From Chthonomonadales bacterium (lineage in GTDB: Bacteria > Armatimonadota > Chthonomonadetes > Chthonomonadales > CAJBBX01): DNA of 34,199 bases. The stretch is from the NCBI GenBank assembly GCA_049967475.1, contig JBMFSQ010000034.1:1-34199 (forward strand), read 5' to 3'. Numbering within the stretch: the stretch's first letter is position 1; the number at the start of each line of letters is the position of its first letter. Of this stretch, positions 29,092 to 34,199 are shown one piece after another. The notes under the pieces are model-generated. The model was not told the origin of the DNA. It searched no databases and saw only the letters and a list, made by a program, of their open reading frames with translations. A program made the position numbers and the translations under genes.

Positions 29092-31554
29092 ATGAATGCT
29101 GCGTGCGTTTTGGGTGTTGCGGCAGCCGGATTGGTGGCATTGGCCTTTGCCCGGCCCTCGATGGGAGATGGCCGCCGGTACTACGCGCATCCATCCGTTG
29201 AAGATCGCTTCGGCGTAATCGCTCCCTGGTACGGGGGCTCCAATGGCCAGGTGGATTGGCGCGTGCATGTGGCAGCAGACACGCTCAAGCGCTATCCGTG
29301 GACCGAGCATCCCCAACCTGCTCCGCATTATGTATTCAACGGCCATTGGCGCATCGCCCCGGACGGCACCATCACGATACCGGAACTCGGCGATTGGGAC
29401 AATGGAGACCTCGGTCAGCGGGCCGCGTATGTGCTGGTGTCGCTGGTGGATTATTACCGATACAGTGGAGATCCTGCATCGCTGGGGCACATTGCAATCA
29501 TGGCGGATGCGTTGCTGAAGTATGAGTGCACAAGTTCGAAACACCTGTGGCCGGGCTTCTTGGTTAGCGTGCCCAATCGGGGGAAAGCGTACGGCCACGC
29601 CGATGAACACGGGTTGATCCAATTGGATATCGCCGCCGAGGCCGGTATCGGGCTTTTGAAAGCCTATGAATTACTGGGCGAGAAGCGCTGGTTCGACGCC
29701 GCCAAACGATGGGCAGATGCCTTGGTCGGCCACTGCAGGACCCACGAGGTCCTCTCGCCATGGCCGCGATACGCCAATGCCGAGGATGCGGCGTGGGAAG
29801 ATCTGCAGACAGGCGGTGTGGTTTTCATCCTCGAATTCCTGGATGAAGTGATGCGGTGCGGTTATCGCGGACGCAATGGTGCGGTGCTTCACGCCCGGGA
29901 AGCTGGGGTCGCATACCTTAGAGACGTATTGCTGCCCCGATGGACGGTGGATGACACATGGGGTCGCAACTATTGGGATTGGCCTGATCCGGTACAAGCC
30001 GAGAATGTTACGGAGTTTGTTGCCCGATACTTGATGGCGCATCCCCGCGAATTCCCCAACTGGCGGCGGGATGTGCGCAACATCTTGACGCTCTTCCTAA
30101 ACCGTACCTCTGTGGCTCCGGGATCCGGAGGCGGGGTCTTCAGTGGGGCGTGGGCTTATCCGGAATCATCCGGTTGCTGCGGCAGGTCCTTGTGGTACGG
30201 CCCGCTCGAGTTGGCCCCGGTGTACGCAGAGTATGGGGCTCGGACCGGCGATGCGTGGGCCAAAGAGATGGCGCGAAGGCAGCTCATCCTAGCCACGTAC
30301 GATGCTAATTCCGACGGGGTTGTAGAAGACAACATAGATGGCGGGGTGATTGTTGCGGGAGATTGGTTCAAGATCGCCCATCCCATGGCTCTCAAGCATT
30401 GCCTCAACGCTCTCGCTTGGCTTCCCGACACCTTGGGACCCACGGGCGAGAACCATATCATGCGGGCATCCTCTGTGGTGCGCAATGTGCACTACGGGTG
30501 CGGCAGATTGGAGTATGACATCTTCGATGCGCCTCCGGGCTCTTCCGAAGTTTTGCGGCTCGCATACGTGCCCACGAGAATAGTAGCAGATGGGGATGAG
30601 CTGCCTCGCACCGAACGGAATGCCGGCACTGGGTGGAGTGTGCGTCGCCTAACCGGAGGAGACTGCCTCGTAACGGTTCGACACGACGGGAAACGCCATA
30701 TTGTGGTCCTGGGCCCGGATCCGCAGCAGCAGGTTCCCGCCGGCCGGAAGCTCGCGTACTCGTTCGAGGGGAACCAGGTGCGCGTTTTGGGTTCCGTCGG
30801 ACCCAGTGGCGGGCTGGCGCAGCTCATCCTCGATGGGAAACCCCTGCGCACTCTGGTGGATTGCTGGTGTCCCCAACATCGAAGCGGTCAGGTTCTCGCC
30901 TGGATCAACGGACTGGCGAACGGCCGGCACACGCTGGAGGTCCGTCCTCTCGAAAAGAAGAACCCGCTTTCCAGGGGCGTTTTGGTGCAGTTGGAGGCGT
31001 TCCAAAGCTTCGGCCGTGTCGTTGCGCGGAATTGGGGCGCCGGGGGCGGGCCGAGGGGTGCGCAACGGGTAATCTTCGGGTATTCCCAACGCGTTGACTA
31101 TCGGGATCACCAGGGGAACTCATGGCGGCCTGCCACAGAATGGGTGTCGAGGATCGGGCACCTTGCAGACATCGTGCGCAGCGCATGGTTCACCGCTCCT
31201 ACGCGAGACGTGGTCTTCAACACGCGTGATGCCGAAATCTATCGGTACGGCGCCCATGCCAAGGATCTCACATTCTACTTCACGGTAGGGCCGGGATCCT
31301 ATACCCTTCGCCTTCATTTCATGGAGGATCGGCGGCGTGATGCTGCTCAGCGTCTCATGACCATCCGGGTCAACGGGCGGGTAGCAGCCGAGCATCTGGA
31401 TATCGCGGCCGCGGCGGGAGGATACTACAGGGCTTTCGTGTGGTGTCTGCCGTCGGTGGAGCCGCGTAACGGAGTAGTGGAGGTGCAAGTAGCCGGTGAG
31501 GGGGAAGCTGAAGCGGTGCTGCGGGCGGCGGAACTCCTTCCTTTGGGGAGGTAA
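29092..31554 (+). CDS. Secreted putative glycoside hydrolase: alpha/alpha-barrel-like domain, beta-sandwich and C-terminal malectin-like domain
   Basis: Signal peptide; helical repeats YYRYSGD..., LLKAYELLGEKRWFDAA; C-terminal IYRYG...YTLRLHFME...QRLMTIRVNG...LDI.AAAGG is malectin-like. Confidence 0.65.
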   Translation: MNAACVLGVAAAGLVALAFARPSMGDGRRYYAHPSVEDRFGVIAPWYGGSNGQVDWRVHVAADTLKRYPWTEHPQPAPHYVFNGHWRIAPDGTITIPELGDWDNGDLGQRAAYVLVSLVDYYRYSGDPASLGHIAIMADALLKYECTSSKHLWPGFLVSVPNRGKAYGHADEHGLIQLDIAAEAGIGLLKAYELLGEKRWFDAAKRWADALVGHCRTHEVLSPWPRYANAEDAAWEDLQTGGVVFILEFLDEVMRCGYRGRNGAVLHAREAGVAYLRDVLLPRWTVDDTWGRNYWDWPDPVQAENVTEFVARYLMAHPREFPNWRRDVRNILTLFLNRTSVAPGSGGGVFSGAWAYPESSGCCGRSLWYGPLELAPVYAEYGARTGDAWAKEMARRQLILATYDANSDGVVEDNIDGGVIVAGDWFKIAHPMALKHCLNALAWLPDTLGPTGENHIMRASSVVRNVHYGCGRLEYDIFDAPPGSSEVLRLAYVPTRIVADGDELPRTERNAGTGWSVRRLTGGDCLVTVRHDGKRHIVVLGPDPQQQVPAGRKLAYSFEGNQVRVLGSVGPSGGLAQLILDGKPLRTLVDCWCPQHRSGQVLAWINGLANGRHTLEVRPLEKKNPLSRGVLVQLEAFQSFGRVVARNWGAGGGPRGAQRVIFGYSQRVDYRDHQGNSWRPATEWVSRIGHLADIVRSAWFTAPTRDVVFNTRDAEIYRYGAHAKDLTFYFTVGPGSYTLRLHFMEDRRRDAAQRLMTIRVNGRVAAEHLDIAAAAGGYYRAFVWCLPSVEPRNGVVEVQVAGEGEAEAVLRAAELLPLGR

Positions 31555-31642
31555 GGCTGGAGTCCTCCCCGCGGCACTCGGGTCCCCGCAACAGGGAATG
31601 TGCCCTACGTGCTGGCGGCGCCGACCGCGCGGGAGGCCCGTC

Positions 31643-31659
31643 CGATGTATAATACATTG
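31643..31659 (+). promoter_or_regulatory. TATAAT -10 embedded in palindrome ATGTAT-A-ATACAT (candidate operator)
   Basis: Perfect inverted repeat at 31645-31657; TATAAT at 31648-31653; AT-rich patch in a GC-rich context. Confidence 0.45.
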
Positions 31660-31721
31660 CGCAAGGGCGGGATGCGAGCATTCGTGGGATAACCGCTTAG
31701 GGCCCGAGGAACCAAAACGGC

Positions 31722-32540
31722 ATGGACAGAGAGGCTTTAGGGGGCCCCATCCGCAAACAGGCAAAGCAGATTTTTGGAGGAGCCGCGCTCTTTGCGGTGG
31801 CCATGGGAGTTTTCGGCGGGCTTTTGGCCTACCCAGTGCACGGCCTTCCGATGTGGGAGTGGTGGCGTGAAGAGCGCTCCGGGCGCATATTCTCGCATGC
31901 TCAAACACGGAGAAGGGTCGTAGCGCTTACGTTCGACGATGGGCCCGATCCACGGTACACTCCCGCGGTGCTTCGGATCCTCAAGAGTGAGGGTGTCCAC
32001 GCCACATTCTTTGTGTGCGGCGACATGGTGCGGGCCCATCCGGGGTTGCTGCGCGCCATCGTCCGCGATGGGCACGTCGTAGGGAACCATACGGACACTC
32101 ATCCTCACCTGGAGCTGGAAAAGGTGCCGGAAATCCGACGTGAGATCGAAGGGTGCGAGCACGAGATCGAAACGGTTGCAGGTGAGCACACTTACCTGTT
32201 CCGACCGCCGCGCGGTCTTTGGAGCCGGGGCGCCTTTACTGTGATACGTCGGTCCGGCTACCACATCATCCTTTGGAGCCTTGCCTTCGACCGTGAGGCG
32301 ATCCACAACCCCGCTGCCTTGCGGCGCCGCGTGGTAAGTCGCGCAGAACCGGGGGATATCATCCTGCTTCACGACGGCGCTCATACTACCCGGGACATCC
32401 GGCGTGCCACAGTACGGGAACTGCGAGGGGTGATCCGCGGGCTCAAGCAAAGGGGCTTCACATTCGCCACCGTCCCCCAATTGTTGCGGATAGCAGGAGA
32501 CGAAAGAGTGCGGCCTCTGCGTTGTGCGCTCAGAAGGTGA
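31722..32540 (+). CDS. Membrane-anchored polysaccharide deacetylase (CE4/NodB)
   Basis: TFDDGP, NHTDTH, RPPRG, ILLHDG; N-terminal TM. Confidence 0.93.
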   Translation: MDREALGGPIRKQAKQIFGGAALFAVAMGVFGGLLAYPVHGLPMWEWWREERSGRIFSHAQTRRRVVALTFDDGPDPRYTPAVLRILKSEGVHATFFVCGDMVRAHPGLLRAIVRDGHVVGNHTDTHPHLELEKVPEIRREIEGCEHEIETVAGEHTYLFRPPRGLWSRGAFTVIRRSGYHIILWSLAFDREAIHNPAALRRRVVSRAEPGDIILLHDGAHTTRDIRRATVRELRGVIRGLKQRGFTFATVPQLLRIAGDERVRPLRCALRR

Positions 32541-33444
32541 AATCGAAGGCATCGTTCAGGCGGACGGTGGCGTAACTTACCACCGATAGGCCGCTGAGGA
32601 GTGCCAGCCAGATAAGGCCCACCTGACCGTTGTCCGACACGCGCAGTCCCACGAAGAGCCAGATGAAGCCGATGACGGACCACACCATGATGCTGCCCAG
32701 GGTCATTGCCCAAAAAAGCACCTTGCAGAACGCATGGCGCATGAAGATTAGGATGCCGGGTGCGCACACAACCGCGCCTGTCCAGAAATAGTCGGCCCAT
32801 GTGGCGCCAGGATGATTGGGATCGGTCTTAACTAGGAATTGGCCGCAATAAACCGCGGCGAAGCCTAAGGCAATCCAGGCGAGCCCCAGCACGTCGAAGC
32901 CCCAGGCTCGGGGCGGCGTGGTGTCCGGCGGCACGGCGCCGGCGCTTACGACCTCCAGGGGCTTTCCGCATTTGGCGCATTCCCGTGCCCCTTCGGCGTT
33001 CTGAAAGCCGCATACTTTGCAGAAGGTGAGCACCATTACCTCTTCGGCCGGTTGGAGAAAGCTGGCCTGCGCGTCTGCGCTGCCCCGCTGGGAGGCAGAT
33101 TTCTGAGCGGATGGTCCGGAACGGCTTACAAGAGGTTCCTGAGCCGCTAAGTTCGGCTGAACCGGGGGGCTGCCAGAAGGGACGGGTTCACCCTGAACGA
33201 TCTCGCCCGTAAGCGTCCGGCGGCCAGGAGACGTAGGTTCTGCGTCAAAGTGGATGAGTTGCGCGGCCGAGGTGTCCCGGGTTGCTTGGGTGTTCGGCGG
33301 GGATGCCTCAGATTTCGGCGCGTTGAGAGGAGCGCCACACTGCCAGCAGGTTTGTTCGCCCTCTACACAGGGCGCACCACAAGCCGGGCATTCGATGCGC
33401 CGGATGAAGCTGTGCCCCGATGCTGGTGTGGTTGGATCCTCCAT
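32530..33444 (-). CDS. Double zinc-ribbon membrane protein
   Basis: CPAC-x10-CWQC and CKVC-x10-CAKC, Pro/Ser-rich linker, about 4 C-terminal TM helices. Confidence 0.75.
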   Translation of the reverse strand: MEDPTTPASGHSFIRRIECPACGAPCVEGEQTCWQCGAPLNAPKSEASPPNTQATRDTSAAQLIHFDAEPTSPGRRTLTGEIVQGEPVPSGSPPVQPNLAAQEPLVSRSGPSAQKSASQRGSADAQASFLQPAEEVMVLTFCKVCGFQNAEGARECAKCGKPLEVVSAGAVPPDTTPPRAWGFDVLGLAWIALGFAAVYCGQFLVKTDPNHPGATWADYFWTGAVVCAPGILIFMRHAFCKVLFWAMTLGSIMVWSVIGFIWLFVGLRVSDNGQVGLIWLALLSGLSVVSYATVRLNDAFDFTF

Positions 33445-33601
33445 AGTGTCACTACCGAGTACCCTCGTATGAATGCTGGCGCCCGTCTCGCCAAGACTTG
33501 AAGACCGGCATCTCCTTGAACCATGGGTGTGACGGCAAGGTTTCCGGCGGCGCTGTTTTCCGTTCGGCGCAAGGACTGGGAGCGGGGTGGCGCAGGACCC
33601 G

Positions 33602-34199
33602 TTAGAATTCGGCGGAGCCCGGCGTCCGCGGGAAGGGGATGACGTCGCGGATATTCTTCATGCCCGTAAGGTACATCAACATCCGCTCGAGCCCCAGGCC
33701 AAAGCCGGCATGAGGCGCTGTGCCCATCTTGCGCAGTTCCAGATACCACCAGTAATTCTCTTCCGAAAGGCCGGCTTCCCGTATCTTGGCAAGCAGTACG
33801 TCGTAGCGCTCCTCCCGCTGGCTCCCCCCGATGATCTCTCCGATGCGAGGTACCAGCACGTCCATCGCCCGTACCGTTCGACCGTCCTCGTTCATGCGCA
33901 TATAAAAGGCCTTGATCTCCTTGGGGTAGTCGGTTACGATTACGGGTTTGCGGAACTTCTCCTCGGTGAGGTATCGCTCGTGTTCGCTCTGGAGGTCCGC
34001 TCCCCAGGTTACGGGAAACTCCCACGCCCGGTCCGCCTGTTGGAGGATCTTCACGGCTTCGGTGTAGGTGATGTGTTCGAAGCTGGAACGAGCGACGTGA
34101 TCCAGTGTGGTCAGGACCGTGTCGTCCACCCGCTTCGTGAAGAATTCCAGGTCCACCTGGCAGTGATCCAGTACGTAGGCGATGATGGATTTCAGGAAT
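33602..34199 (-). CDS. asnS: Asparagine--tRNA ligase (3' part; gene continues beyond the window)
   Basis: [50 protein letters not shown]. Confidence 0.96.
   Translation of the reverse strand, partial: FLKSIIAYVLDHCQVDLEFFTKRVDDTVLTTLDHVARSSFEHITYTEAVKILQQADRAWEFPVTWGADLQSEHERYLTEEKFRKPVIVTDYPKEIKAFYMRMNEDGRTVRAMDVLVPRIGEIIGGSQREERYDVLLAKIREAGLSEENYWWYLELRKMGTAPHAGFGLGLERMLMYLTGMKNIRDVIPFPRTPGSAEF

Overview
GC-rich bacterial chromosome segment; the RHS style and gene content suggest Armatimonadota, but that is inference. Left to right: (1) a decayed conflict-gene patch with an RHS gene cut off at ~116 and, on the opposite strand, a frameshifted HEPN-RNase pseudogene (RNHVAH motif, Csm6/Csx1-like) missed by the ORF track; (2) a complete kdpFABC-kdpDE operon with an extra 30-aa leader peptide and phased direct repeats that look like KdpE boxes; (3) tRNA-Asn(GTT); (4) an unusual five-gene regulatory cassette: soluble GAF-GAF-HisKA_3 kinase, canonical NarL-type regulator, Cys-rich pseudo-receiver LuxR regulator, degenerate DUF47/PhoU-like protein and an ECF sigma factor with no obvious anti-sigma; (5) a coupled methyltransferase and APH-like kinase pair; (6) an ASCH protein coupled to a large secreted GH-like protein; (7) tyrS, tRNA-Pro(TGG), topA, trmFO; (8) two divergent large secreted CAZyme-like proteins and a CE4 deacetylase; (9) a double zinc-ribbon membrane protein and the 3' part of asnS. 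The best candidate for an undescribed system is the regulatory cassette at 9464-14145. No CRISPR array, integrase or transposase was seen. All calls come from reading motifs by eye; no database searches were run.
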